From an uncultured Candidatus Binatia bacterium (GTDB lineage: Bacteria > Desulfobacterota > Binatia > UBA9968 > JAJDTQ01), in the NCBI GenBank assembly GCA_964291295.2, contig OZ219754.1:608001-672000 (forward strand): 64,000 nt of DNA, given 5' to 3'. Below, piece after piece: positions 1-13,036 of this stretch. Both the position numbers and the translations under genes were made by a program. The number at the start of each line of letters is the position of its first letter. The stretch's first letter is position 1. The notes under the pieces were generated by a model. That model was not told where the DNA came from. It did no database searches and saw only the letters and a program-made list of their open reading frames with translations.

Positions 1-24
1 TGTGCTTTCGAGAGGGCTCGCCAT
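1..24 (-). CDS. 5' end of a gene running off the window (MASPLEST...), translationally coupled to the OLD nuclease; product unknown
   Basis: ATG at 24-22 overlaps the OLD stop codon (TGATG); only 8 codons are visible. Confidence 0.5.
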
Positions 25-1940
25 CACGTCAATCCCGGCAGTTGGTTGATTGCAGCACGGAACGCCTCGGGCGCGCGCTGCGCCAGATCCTTGTCGTCAC
101 GAATTCGCGCCGCGAGTTCTGCCGCATAGGCCGTCTTGTTCCCGCGCAAGCAGGCAACAAGGCCATCCTTGTCCATTTCATGGGCGTCGTGGACGCTCAA
201 TGTCGCCAACACTTCCCGCAACTCCGGCTCGAGTCCGTCTGCAACAAGCTGTGCCTCAAGGTCACCGTTCGGATGTTTGCGACAACGCGTGGCCACCTCG
301 TCCTTGGTGAAGCCACGTCCTTCGATGTTCCGAACGAACCCCTCGCCTGCCTCGTCACCATCGAACACGGCAAGCCAGGGAATGTCCAGTGCTCGGGCCA
401 GCGCAACGAAGGTGGCCGGATTGCCGTTGTTCTGAGCGTCGATGACGGAAACACCGTACCGGTCAAGGTCGTAGTCCAATGCATGCGCGATGGCATGAAC
501 GAGCAGATGGTCGGCCTGCCCTTCGACAATCAGCCATCGTTCCGCGAAGAAAATCTCCCCGCGCATGCGCCGGGCGAAGGTTTCCAGCGCCAGCAACTCG
601 CCATCGGCCACATGCAGGGAAGAGCGCTCCTTCAGGGCGCGAAGCCGCGATTCGAGATCGGAACGCCTCTCGTGTTGCGTGCAGCATCGGAGCAGCGCCC
701 GATAATGACTCTCTTTCAGCGAGCCATGAACCATCAGCTTTCCTGATGCGCTTTCGTAGGACAACAACCCTCCTGCCTCATTCACCACCGCATCAAGGCC
801 ATCCACATGCGGAAATGACTCGGAGAAGCTGGCCGGGAGCGACCGCACTTCGGTTCCCTTCGCGGTCAGGCGCACCAGGCGCAGATCGCGAAACGGAACG
901 AGCTGAACAAAGTACGGCGAGTGGGTCGTCACGATCTTCTGACCCGGCAGGGCTTCGACTTCATGCCAAAGCGTACGCACGGCTTGCGGGTGCAGATGTG
1001 TTTCCGGCTCTTCCAGAGCCAGCACCGGCTCGCTGTCCGGCTCGTACAGCTCAGCGAGCAGATGATCCACGAAAGCCTGGAACAGGAAGATGACCGAAAG
1101 GCTCTGAATGCCTTGACCCTGGCGCCTCAGTGGGAGCCACGGCAGATCCGGTTCGTTGCGCAGGATGATTTCGGCCCGCGAAAGCAGATCCCAGGTCTTG
1201 AGCGGCACCATCCGCAGATCAAGGCCGCCCTCCCGATCCCGGGCCGCGACGCGGGTTGCGCCCGACAACGTCTTGGCCATCTCCGCCAGACGCGGATCGG
1301 CCTTCAGGAGACGTCGGTTGAGCAGATCCAGAACCCGCAATGCGCGGGCCTCAAGTGCCGGTGGAATGTTCAGGTCCTTGAGCAGCCGCGTCCAGAACTG
1401 GGATGATCGCGTCGAAAACTCATCCCCCACATCGCGCAATGCCCCAAGGTAGAATACCGGCAGGTAACGCCAGAACCGTTCGAGATTGAGTCGGCGTCCG
1501 CCGAAACCGACCAAGGGCTCGCCATCAGAGGCAAGGAACTCCCAAGTCGGTTCGAAGCTGTCCGTGTCCTCATTCCAGCTGCACCGCGTTCGCAGGGAAA
1601 CGAAGCGCCGGCCGGTGGCCGTATCCAACTGCACGATGTTGCCGAGGTCTGCGGTGATGTCATCGGACCATTCACCGGGTTCTCGCTCCTCGGATTTCAA
1701 CTCGATGCGGACGCCGCTCGAAGTCCTGGGATCGGCCGCCTCGCCGGCCATATGGATGTCGTACTCGCTGAAACCGGTGCCGCGCTGGCCCCAGCGGCGC
1801 GTGAGGGCAATGCGCAGTGCGTCGAGAATTGCCGTTTTGCCAGCGTTGTTCGGGCCGACAAATACGGTCGTATCGCCGAGATCGACGGTCAGATGCCGGA
1901 TCGACCGGAAGTTCTCGATCTCGATGCGGCTTATGCGCAT
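24..1940 (-). CDS. OLD-family ATP-dependent endonuclease (ABC-type ATPase + TOPRIM)
   Basis: N-terminus MRISRIEIENFRSI, Walker A GPNNAGKT, Walker B/D-loop LALEEPETHLHP, IVTTHSP, TOPRIM motifs LIVEGQAD and VFDGD; GGAAGG SD before the ATG. Confidence 0.9.
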   Translation of the reverse strand: MRISRIEIENFRSIRHLTVDLGDTTVFVGPNNAGKTAILDALRIALTRRWGQRGTGFSEYDIHMAGEAADPRTSSGVRIELKSEEREPGEWSDDITADLGNIVQLDTATGRRFVSLRTRCSWNEDTDSFEPTWEFLASDGEPLVGFGGRRLNLERFWRYLPVFYLGALRDVGDEFSTRSSQFWTRLLKDLNIPPALEARALRVLDLLNRRLLKADPRLAEMAKTLSGATRVAARDREGGLDLRMVPLKTWDLLSRAEIILRNEPDLPWLPLRRQGQGIQSLSVIFLFQAFVDHLLAELYEPDSEPVLALEEPETHLHPQAVRTLWHEVEALPGQKIVTTHSPYFVQLVPFRDLRLVRLTAKGTEVRSLPASFSESFPHVDGLDAVVNEAGGLLSYESASGKLMVHGSLKESHYRALLRCCTQHERRSDLESRLRALKERSSLHVADGELLALETFARRMRGEIFFAERWLIVEGQADHLLVHAIAHALDYDLDRYGVSVIDAQNNGNPATFVALARALDIPWLAVFDGDEAGEGFVRNIEGRGFTKDEVATRCRKHPNGDLEAQLVADGLEPELREVLATLSVHDAHEMDKDGLVACLRGNKTAYAAELAARIRDDKDLAQRAPEAFRAAINQLPGLT

Positions 1941-1965
1941 GGGCGGCCTTCCCCGGTGCGCGCGG

Positions 1966-5514
<3,549 letters not shown>

Positions 5515-5752
5515 TCGATGACCCCTCCCTGCTGTTGCGATTCGCCGGGCCACGTGAGTGGTCGCGGGGGTATCGCTGCTGCCGCTGCGGACCCAGTCGT
5601 CAACCTGCGAGAGTCCGGAAGCCAAACAGGCATCCAACGCGGCACGCCGGCAAACCCCGCGTGTCGACCCGGCGGTACACCGTGTCCCTGGAAACCTGCA
5701 GGAGAGCGGCCGCTTCGGGGATGCCGAAACGAGGTTCGCCAGATATGTTCAT
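5515..5752 (-). pseudogene. Excisionase-type helix-turn-helix DNA-binding protein, frameshifted
   Basis: EAAALLQVSRDTVYRRVDTRGLPACRVG.LFGFR in one frame (stop at 5600); the family-typical tail LSQVDDWVRSG continues in the adjacent frame after one extra base near 5614. Confidence 0.65.
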
Positions 5753-6059
5753 TGCGCCGACATGACTTGATCGAACAGGCTGATTCGCACCGAAGTCTGC
5801 CAAACGACACCCACACGGTCAATTCCGGGATGCTTCGACAAGGGCGTGCGGACTTGGCGACCGGGGCGCTCCCCGGAACATCCGCGCAAGTGTGCCGGCT
5901 GAACACGGGACGCGGCGTACGCATCCGCATGACCGTCCACAGCAAGGGTGCGGCAATGTCGCCGGGGTTTGGCCCATCGAAGCGTGCGACGGCCTGTCGA
6001 GGAAGCGTGCCAGTACGGATGGCCTTCGTTCTCGACCGCTCGATCACCATGGCATGGGT

Positions 6060-7505
6060 TCAGGCCCGCCGGTGGCCGTCGATGAACGTCCTGGCTTGGC
6101 TCACCAGGGCGAGCTTGTTGGCGGCGTGAAAGGCGGCGGTCTTGTAGCACTCGGCCAGTGTCGGATAGTTGAAGACCGTCTTGAGAAAGTAGTCCAGCCC
6201 GCCGCCCAGTCCCAGCACGGCCTGCCCCACGTGAATCAGTTCGGTGGCGCCGCTGCCGATGCAATGGCAGCCGAGGAGACGACCGTCGTCACGGTGGAAC
6301 AGCATCTTGAACATGCCCGAGTCGTCACCGAGAATGATGCCGCGGGAGATCTCCTTGTACCGCGCGACGCCGGTCTCGTAGGGAATCTTCCGACTCGTCA
6401 GCTCCTCTTCGGTGGCGCCCACCGAAGACAGTTCGGGGATGGCATAGATGCCGATGGGACAGTGATGGCCGATGGGCTCCGCGTCCACACCGAACATGCG
6501 GCAGGCCGCCAGCCGGCCCTGCTCCGAGGAGGTGGCAGCCAGGGCGGGGAAGCCGATGAGATCGCCGGCTGCCCAGATGTTCTCCACGGGCGTCCGGAAG
6601 TTTTCGTCGACCTGGAGGCGCCCGCGCTCGTCCGCCTCAAGACCCACCGCCTCCAGGTTCAGCGTGGACGACGCTCCCTGCCGTCCCGAGGAGATGAGGA
6701 TCACGTCGGCCACCAGGAACTTGCCCGAGGCCAGCTTCAGCAGGCCCTGACGGCGGGGGGTCTCGACGATCTCCACCTGCTCCACCGCGTCACCGCAACG
6801 AAACGTCACGTCGGCCTTGCGCAGCTGGTGCAGCAACTCGTCGATGATCTCGTGGTCCATGAACTCCAGCGGCCGCTCGCGCGCGTCGATGAGCGTGACG
6901 CGCACCCCCAGCGCCGCGAACATGGAGGCGTACTCGATGCCGATGACGCCCGCGCCCACCACCGCCATGGTTTGCGGCAACTCCTCGATGGCGAGAACGT
7001 CGTCCGACGTGATCACGGTGCGACCGTCGGGAGCCATGCCCTCAAGCGCTCCGGGTCGTGTGCCCACCGCCACCAGCACCTTGTCCGTAGTGATGACGCG
7101 CCGCTCACCCTCGGCCACCAGTCGGATCGTATGGGGGTCGACGAACTCCCCGCGCGCGTGGAGAATCTTGACGTCATTGCGGGTGAGGGCATCGTCCACC
7201 ACCGCGATCTCCCGCTGGATCACCCGGTGCACGTGGCCCACCAACTGCTGCATGGTGGGCCGGCTCCTGCCGTTGGTGGAGAACGGGTCCATCACCTCCA
7301 GCCCGGGCCTCGAATAGACCCGGCGCACCGCCTCGCGAAAGGTCTTGGACGGGATGGTGCCGTTGTCAACGCAGATACCGCCGACAAAGCGCTGCTTCTC
7401 CACCACCGCCACCCGCTTTCCCACCTTGGCCGCCTGGATGGCCGCGCGCTGGCCCGCGGGTCCGCTGCCGATGCAAACCAGGTCATAGTCGTAACTCGAC
7501 ATCAT
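6060..7505 (-). CDS. sthA: Soluble (Si-specific) NAD(P)+ transhydrogenase
   Basis: YDLVCIGSGPAGQRAAIQAAK, GGICVDNGTIPSKT (one Cys of the redox pair only), GAGVIGIEYAS, C-terminal FNYPTLAECYK. Confidence 0.9.
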   Translation of the reverse strand: MMSSYDYDLVCIGSGPAGQRAAIQAAKVGKRVAVVEKQRFVGGICVDNGTIPSKTFREAVRRVYSRPGLEVMDPFSTNGRSRPTMQQLVGHVHRVIQREIAVVDDALTRNDVKILHARGEFVDPHTIRLVAEGERRVITTDKVLVAVGTRPGALEGMAPDGRTVITSDDVLAIEELPQTMAVVGAGVIGIEYASMFAALGVRVTLIDARERPLEFMDHEIIDELLHQLRKADVTFRCGDAVEQVEIVETPRRQGLLKLASGKFLVADVILISSGRQGASSTLNLEAVGLEADERGRLQVDENFRTPVENIWAAGDLIGFPALAATSSEQGRLAACRMFGVDAEPIGHHCPIGIYAIPELSSVGATEEELTSRKIPYETGVARYKEISRGIILGDDSGMFKMLFHRDDGRLLGCHCIGSGATELIHVGQAVLGLGGGLDYFLKTVFNYPTLAECYKTAAFHAANKLALVSQARTFIDGHRRA

Positions 7506-7655
7506 CCGTCTCCCTTGATTCACCGCCGGCCGCCGCCCAGCCTGTCACCCATTATAGCCGAATGGAACTCCGGGTAAATTTGCGCCCCTTGCCTTTTCAC
7601 CGGACAAGGGCAAGAAACGGATGAGGGCCTGCCGCACCGCACGCATGAATACGCC

Positions 7656-9056
7656 ATGGAAACACCTTCACGGGAACAGACCAGGGACCGCTCTCTGCCG
7701 CGCGACGTGGCACTGGAGAACATCGTCATGTGGACGGGCCCGGGCCGCCATGACGACATGCGGCGCCTGCTGGCCGACCTGCATCCCGCAGATCTTGCCG
7801 AATTGCTGGACCACCTCGACGAACCGCGGGTGCGGCAACGGGTGTTCCGCCTGCTGCCGCCGGGCGCCACCTCCGCCGTACTGAGCCTCGTCTCGCCGGC
7901 GGTGCGCGACGAACTGGCGACGCGCCTCTCGGACCGGGAACTGGCCGAGTTGGTGGAAGAACTCGACACCGACGATGCCGCAGACCTGCTTGAGACCCTC
8001 CCGGAAGAACGCACCCCCACGGTCCTTGCGGCAATGCCGCCGGACCTGGCGGAGGAGATCGGCGTCCTGCTGGATCATCCCCCGGACACCGCCGGCGGCA
8101 TCATGCAGACGGAGTATGTGTCCGTGCCGCCGTACGCCACCGTGGAGCAGGCCATCGGCATCATCCGGCGAGCCCGGGACGAGGTGCCCGATGTGCACGA
8201 TGTCTTCGTGGTGGACGCGGAGAGACACGTCACCGGCATCCTGCCCCTCAGCAACCTGGTGCTGGCGGCCCCGGACGACGCCGTCGCCAACATCATGGAG
8301 CGGCCGGTGATCTCGGTGCCCGTGGAGATGCCGCAGGACGAGGTCGCCCGCGTCCTGCAGAAGTACGACTTCGTGTCCGTTCCCGTCCTGGACACACAGG
8401 ACCGGCTTGTGGGCCGCGTCACCATCGACGACGTGGTGGATGTCATCGAGGAGGAGGCCAGCAAGGACATCTACGCCATTGCCGGCGTGGAGGGCGAATC
8501 CATCAATCTGGCCCGCGACTCCGTGCTCAAGCGCGTGGGCGAACGGTTCTCGTGGGTGGCGATCACGGTGCTGCTGGGGCTCGTGGTGGCGCTGGTCATC
8601 TCCAAGGTCTTCGTCGCCACCTTCGAGAAGATGGCGCTGCTGGCCGCTTTTCTGCCCGTGATCATCGCCGCCGCCGGTGCCGTGGGCCTGCAGTCGTCCA
8701 CCCTGGTGGTGCGCGCCATCGCCCTGGGCACCCTCTCCTTCCAGCGCGTTCTGTCCGTTATCGCCTGGGAAACCGCCACCGGGCTGGCGTTGGGCACCCT
8801 CTGCGGCCTCATCACTGCCGCCGCCAGTTACCTCATCAACATGGGCAGCCCCGATATTCTCGGTCTGTCCCTCGCCGTGCTCGTCGGCATGGTCATTTCC
8901 GTCACCACCGCCGCCTGTATCGGAACCGTGCAGCCCATCGTCTTCCACCGGCTCAACCGCGACCCCGCCGTTGCCGCCGGCCCCCTGGTCACCGCCTTCA
9001 ACGACCTGATCGGCACCACTCTCTACCTGGTTGTGGCAACGGCGTTTCAGGCGTAG
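7656..9056 (+). CDS. mgtE: Magnesium transporter MgtE
   Basis: LHPADLAE N-domain, DTAGGIM, CBS pair, GRVTIDDVVDV, hydrophobic C-terminus with DPAVAAGPLVTAFND. Confidence 0.92.
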   Translation: METPSREQTRDRSLPRDVALENIVMWTGPGRHDDMRRLLADLHPADLAELLDHLDEPRVRQRVFRLLPPGATSAVLSLVSPAVRDELATRLSDRELAELVEELDTDDAADLLETLPEERTPTVLAAMPPDLAEEIGVLLDHPPDTAGGIMQTEYVSVPPYATVEQAIGIIRRARDEVPDVHDVFVVDAERHVTGILPLSNLVLAAPDDAVANIMERPVISVPVEMPQDEVARVLQKYDFVSVPVLDTQDRLVGRVTIDDVVDVIEEEASKDIYAIAGVEGESINLARDSVLKRVGERFSWVAITVLLGLVVALVISKVFVATFEKMALLAAFLPVIIAAAGAVGLQSSTLVVRAIALGTLSFQRVLSVIAWETATGLALGTLCGLITAAASYLINMGSPDILGLSLAVLVGMVISVTTAACIGTVQPIVFHRLNRDPAVAAGPLVTAFNDLIGTTLYLVVATAFQA

Positions 9057-9070
9057 CGGCGTCCGGGACA

Positions 9071-9104
9071 GTCGCGAACCAGAGGGCGTCGCGAACCAGA
9101 GGGC
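9071..9104. repeat. Perfect 17-bp tandem duplication (GTCGCGAACCAGAGGGC x2)
   Basis: Seen directly; followed by degenerate CGGACC-like hexamers to about 9192. Confidence 0.9.
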
Positions 9105-9249
9105 CGACCGCGTCCGTCCGGTGGAACCGAAAGACCCTCGGACCCGGACGCAGACCCGGGATCCGAACCCGGAACCAGGCTCGGAACCCGGGCGCCGCGG
9201 CCACCGTCCGCCGCGTCCGCCCCGCGTCACGAACAAGGGCGGGCGCAGG

Positions 9250-10419
9250 CTACTTCAAGGCGCATCCCTGGCGCTCGCGGCGCAGGCACGCGAGGTTGTG
9301 ATGGAAGACATCGGCCTGCGCGCGGGCGAAGCCAACCGGGCCGTCGCCGTTCGACACGCTGCGCTGGTAGCGCGCCCAATCCCCGTCGTGGCCCTGGCGC
9401 CAGTACCCGTCCAGGATCTGCGCCGGCAACGGCTTGAGTTGCGGCAGCGTGTTGTAGCGCGCCCCTGGCGGACCATCGCGGCCGGGCAACCGGCGCCTTG
9501 CGCCGAGGAAGCCGTGGAAGGCATAGAACGCATCGGCACCGGGGAGGAACGCGAGTTCGAAGTCCACGGAACGGTACGGGTCGGTGATGTCGTCCGCCGA
9601 CATCAGCGGCCGCGTGCCGAATCCCATCATGAAGGCCCTGGCGTCGGAGTCCAGGAAGCGCACCGCGCGCCGGACCGTCCGGCCAGGGGCGTGCGGATAC
9701 AGCTCGTTGGAACGGATGGCGATGTCGATGTCGAAACGCCCGTCGCGCCCCGGCTCCACCGACTCTCCCACCAGGTAGGTGCGCAGGTAGTTGTGCTGCT
9801 GCAGGGTCAGGGCGACGGGACGCTCGGCCGCGTCCAGCACCACGAATGCCGCGGTGTAGTGATCGAGTTGATGCCAGTCGTCCAGGTCCGCCACCAGTCG
9901 GAGCGGAATGGCCGCAGCCAGGGACAGTCCCGCGGGCAGACCGCTCACCCGGAACACCAGGTGGTAGGTAACCACGGTGAACTCCTCGGCGCTCCGTCCG
10001 GCCTTGCCCGGCGCCCACAGGCCGGTTCGTTCTACCGCGGCGTAGACCACCGGGCGCGGCGGCGGCGAGCCGGGCACATGCGTGAATCTGGCCCGGGCGT
10101 CGTCCCGGTAGCGATTGAGATCTTCCGGAGTCGGTCCATCGATCCGGACCCCGTCTCCGGCCACCAGATAGCCGTGGGCGACGTAGTCCCGATAGAAATC
10201 GATGGGGCCCTCGTGACCGTCGGGCAGGTGGAAGCGCGGCGCGTGGCGACGGGCCAGCGCCTGATCCACCGGACCGGCGGCGGCGGCCGGCGGATTGGCC
10301 TCGAAATACTCGGCAAAGCCCGGGTACTGGGAGAAATTCCGGTCTGCGGCGATGACCGGTGTGGACCCGCAGATCAGCACGAACCACGCAAGAACGCCAG
10401 CCGTGCGGAGGGCCGTCAC
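9250..10419 (-). CDS. Hypothetical exported protein (start codon uncertain)
   Basis: Signal-peptide-like start (LRTAGVLAWFVLICGSTPVIA-ADR), then protein-like composition (LARRHAPRF, DWHQLDHY, QQHNY, RSNELYP). Confidence 0.7.
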   Translation of the reverse strand: MTALRTAGVLAWFVLICGSTPVIAADRNFSQYPGFAEYFEANPPAAAAGPVDQALARRHAPRFHLPDGHEGPIDFYRDYVAHGYLVAGDGVRIDGPTPEDLNRYRDDARARFTHVPGSPPPRPVVYAAVERTGLWAPGKAGRSAEEFTVVTYHLVFRVSGLPAGLSLAAAIPLRLVADLDDWHQLDHYTAAFVVLDAAERPVALTLQQHNYLRTYLVGESVEPGRDGRFDIDIAIRSNELYPHAPGRTVRRAVRFLDSDARAFMMGFGTRPLMSADDITDPYRSVDFELAFLPGADAFYAFHGFLGARRRLPGRDGPPGARYNTLPQLKPLPAQILDGYWRQGHDGDWARYQRSVSNGDGPVGFARAQADVFHHNLACLRRERQGCALK

Positions 10420-10670
10420 AACGCGCCGGTGGTGAAGCTCATGGCGCGGGCCGGCGACATGGACCGTGCCGCTGTCAGGGCGACCGCAGGGCTTCTCGAC
10501 GGTCGGGCAGACCCTGCCCCTCGATCTTCGAGTCGAACCGGTTGCGCGGCGGCCCGCTGGTCCACGGCGGCCAACAGATGAACCTGCGGGCGGCCGGCAC
10601 GGTCGGACACACACTTCGTCGAGGCGTCTTCCATGCCGGCTCGCAAGCTGTCGTTGGTGGCGTTGGCCAT
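10416..10670 (-). CDS. Possible small hypothetical protein (84 aa)
   Basis: GAAAGG SD before ATG; its stop overlaps the proposed GTG of the next gene; no motif recognised. Confidence 0.25.
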   Translation of the reverse strand: MANATNDSLRAGMEDASTKCVSDRAGRPQVHLLAAVDQRAAAQPVRLEDRGAGSARPSRSPAVALTAARSMSPARAMSFTTGAL

Positions 10671-10899
10671 GACCTTTCGCTTGTCCTTCCGATTTTCCTC
10701 CGATTTCCTTCCGATGGACTCGTCCCGTACGTCAACAGAAACCGCGTGAGGTGTCAAGTTTGCCCGTTCGGCGGAGGCCGAAGGCACCCGGCACCGGGTC
10801 GCAGCGCGGCTCAACGGGCGGCCAGCCAGCTATAGTATACGTGCCGGCTGCCGACAGGTATTCATGTGCGCACCGATTCTTGATCGATCGATACCGGAC

Positions 10900-10928
10900 T
10901 TGACATCTCCGCCCTTTCCTGGTGCGAT
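10900..10928 (+). promoter_or_regulatory. Candidate sigma70 promoter for the 10971 gene
   Basis: TTGACA-N17-TGCGAT about 40 bp upstream of the ATG. Confidence 0.4.
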
Positions 10929-10970
10929 GACCTTCGCATCCGGCGCGGGGCATATTCGGAGACCGACCCG

Positions 10971-11423
10971 ATGAGCTTGATGGTTACAGAAGTGTACGAT
11001 GCCCTGATTGCCGCCGGAGTTCCCGACGAGAAGGCCCGGGCGGCCGCAGGCGTAATCCCGATGACTGAAACCCTCGCCACCAGACAAGACCTCGCCGAGT
11101 TCAAGGCCGCAACCGACAAGGACGCCGCGGTATTCAAGACTGAGATGCAGCAAGACTTCGCGGCATTCAAGGCGGAGATGCGGCAGGAGTTCGCCGAGTT
11201 CAAGGCCGAGATGCGGCGGGAGTTCGCCGAGTTCAAGGCCGAGATGCGGCAGGAGTTCGCCGAATTCAAGGCCGAGATGCGGCAGGAGTTCGCCGAATTC
11301 AAAGCGGAGATTCGCGAAGAAATCGGTGTGCTGAAGCGGGATATTGCCGTTCTGAAGCTGGCGGTGTTCGGCTTTGGCCCCGCTATTCTGGCTCTGCTGG
11401 TCAAGCTGGTCTTCTTTCCCTGA
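10971..11423 (+). CDS. DUF1640/CCDC90-like membrane-anchored coiled-coil protein with 11-residue repeats
   Basis: YDAL..AGVP.EKA.AAA head, LAT.QDL neck, (FAEFKAEMRQE)n stalk, C-terminal TM helix. Confidence 0.85.
   Translation: MSLMVTEVYDALIAAGVPDEKARAAAGVIPMTETLATRQDLAEFKAATDKDAAVFKTEMQQDFAAFKAEMRQEFAEFKAEMRREFAEFKAEMRQEFAEFKAEMRQEFAEFKAEIREEIGVLKRDIAVLKLAVFGFGPAILALLVKLVFFP
11157..11321 (+). repeat. 33-bp tandem repeat x5 (plus 2 degenerate units upstream)
   Basis: Unit TTCGCCGAGTTCAAGGCCGAGATGCGGCAGGAG. Confidence 0.95.
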
Positions 11424-11538
11424 TCCTGTTTCCGCCGACGCCCGCGTCTCCGCCGAACCCCCGCCGGTTGCCTCGAACCACCCGGTGACAACGGTGACAG
11501 TATGCATGGGAGGACAACTCACCTGAGGTGGCGTCTCC

Positions 11539-12549
11539 ATGGAAACCCTGTTCAACAGTCCGGACAAGTTCAAGAGCCGCTTCGCAACCGTCGACGGCTA
11601 CAAGACCCACTACATCGAGGCCGGCGAAGGGAACCCCCGGAAGCTGTTGCTGGTGCACGGCGGTGCCATCGAAGCAGGTATGGGGTGCTACCGCTGGTAC
11701 GCCAATATCATTCCGCTGGCGAAAAGATTCCATGTGTTCGCCATCGACGAACTGGGCCACGGTTACACCGACCCGCCAAGGAACCTCGACGACCTCAGCC
11801 ACATCCGGGTGCGCGCGGACCACGTGCTGAACTTCATCGAGACACTCGGGTTGAGGCCCGTCAATCTCGTTGGCCAGTCTCAGGGCGGCTGGATCGTCAC
11901 CTACATCACCCTCCTGCGGCCCGACCTCGTCCAGAAGCTTCTTCTTGTGGACAGCGGCAGTACCGCTGGACGTCCCTCGGAGGTGGCTTCGCTTCAGTCC
12001 ACGGAGGTGGACGGCGTAGTCGTGGCCGGCGACACCAACGAACTGCCCTACCAGAAGGAGCTCTTCGAGCCCGGCACCATGCACCCGAAGAGAGAGCTGA
12101 TCAACACCCGCGAAGGCCTGCGCAAGTACGCCAGCGCTTTCTTCTACGACCCGTCCATGGTCACCGAGGAATTCCTGGACCATCTGATGGAACTGTCCGG
12201 AAGATGGAGCCAGCTATACGAAGAGCACCGGGGTGAGAAGTACTGGGCCAAGACCAGCCTGGCCGACCAGCGCCGCCAACTGCAGATAGACGGCAAGCAC
12301 ATACGCGAACACGTGCACAAGATCCAGACGCCCACCTTGGTGATATGGGGCAGGAACTCCAACAAGGGACTCGACTTGGGCTTCCTGCTCTACAAGCTGT
12401 TTCCGAATGCTCAGATGCACATCCTCGACAAGGCCAACCACTTCTTGTGGCTGGACCAGTGGGAGGATTTCAACGCACTGGTGGGGTGGTTCGTCGGCAA
12501 GGAGCAGGGACGAACCGGAATGAGCTTCGTACGGTTTCCGGAAGAGTAA
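11539..12549 (+). CDS. Alpha/beta hydrolase, paralogue 1
   Basis: LLVHGG, FAIDELGHG.TD, nucleophile GQSQGG, PTLVIWG, DKANHF. Confidence 0.92.
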   Translation: METLFNSPDKFKSRFATVDGYKTHYIEAGEGNPRKLLLVHGGAIEAGMGCYRWYANIIPLAKRFHVFAIDELGHGYTDPPRNLDDLSHIRVRADHVLNFIETLGLRPVNLVGQSQGGWIVTYITLLRPDLVQKLLLVDSGSTAGRPSEVASLQSTEVDGVVVAGDTNELPYQKELFEPGTMHPKRELINTREGLRKYASAFFYDPSMVTEEFLDHLMELSGRWSQLYEEHRGEKYWAKTSLADQRRQLQIDGKHIREHVHKIQTPTLVIWGRNSNKGLDLGFLLYKLFPNAQMHILDKANHFLWLDQWEDFNALVGWFVGKEQGRTGMSFVRFPEE

Positions 12550-12553
12550 CCAA

Positions 12554-13033
12554 TTGGAGACGTTGTTCAACAGCCCCGACAAATTCGAGAAACGCTACGG
12601 GACCATCGACGGTTCCCGGACCCACTTCATCGAAGCAGGCGACCCGGCCGCCGACCGGCTGCTGCTGGTACATGGATGCAGCGCCGCGCTGGGGGCAGGC
12701 CTTTACCGGTGGTATCCTACGGTGCTCCCTTCGGCCGAGAAGCTCCACATTTTCGCCGTAGACGAACCGGGAGACGGCTTTACCGACCCACCACGAGAGA
12801 TCGCCGACCTGGGCCACGTACGTGTGCGCGCCGAACATGTCATCCACTTCATCGAGGAACAGAGCCTGGCACCCCTCAACCTGTGCGGACAGTCCCAGTG
12901 CGGCTGGATCGCCACCTACATCACCATCACGCGTCCGGACCTGGTGGACAAGGCCAGCCATTTCTGCTGGTGGGACCAGGTGCAGGACTTCAACGACCTG
13001 GTGCTCTGGTTCATCACGAAGAGAGAGGCGTAG
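12554..13033 (+). pseudogene. Alpha/beta hydrolase paralogue 2 with a large in-frame internal deletion
   Basis: TTG start; RPDLV joined directly to DKASHF, about 170 aa shorter than its neighbours; motif decay (GQSQCG, DEPGDG). Confidence 0.8.
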
Positions 13034-13036
13034 TCA

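Noticed and set aside
5892-10581. Long antisense ORFs over sthA, mgtE and the 9250 gene
   Set aside because: Shadow frames of better-supported genes on the opposite strand.
11157-11321. CRISPR-like 33-bp repeats
   Set aside because: Contiguous, in-frame coding repeats with no spacers.
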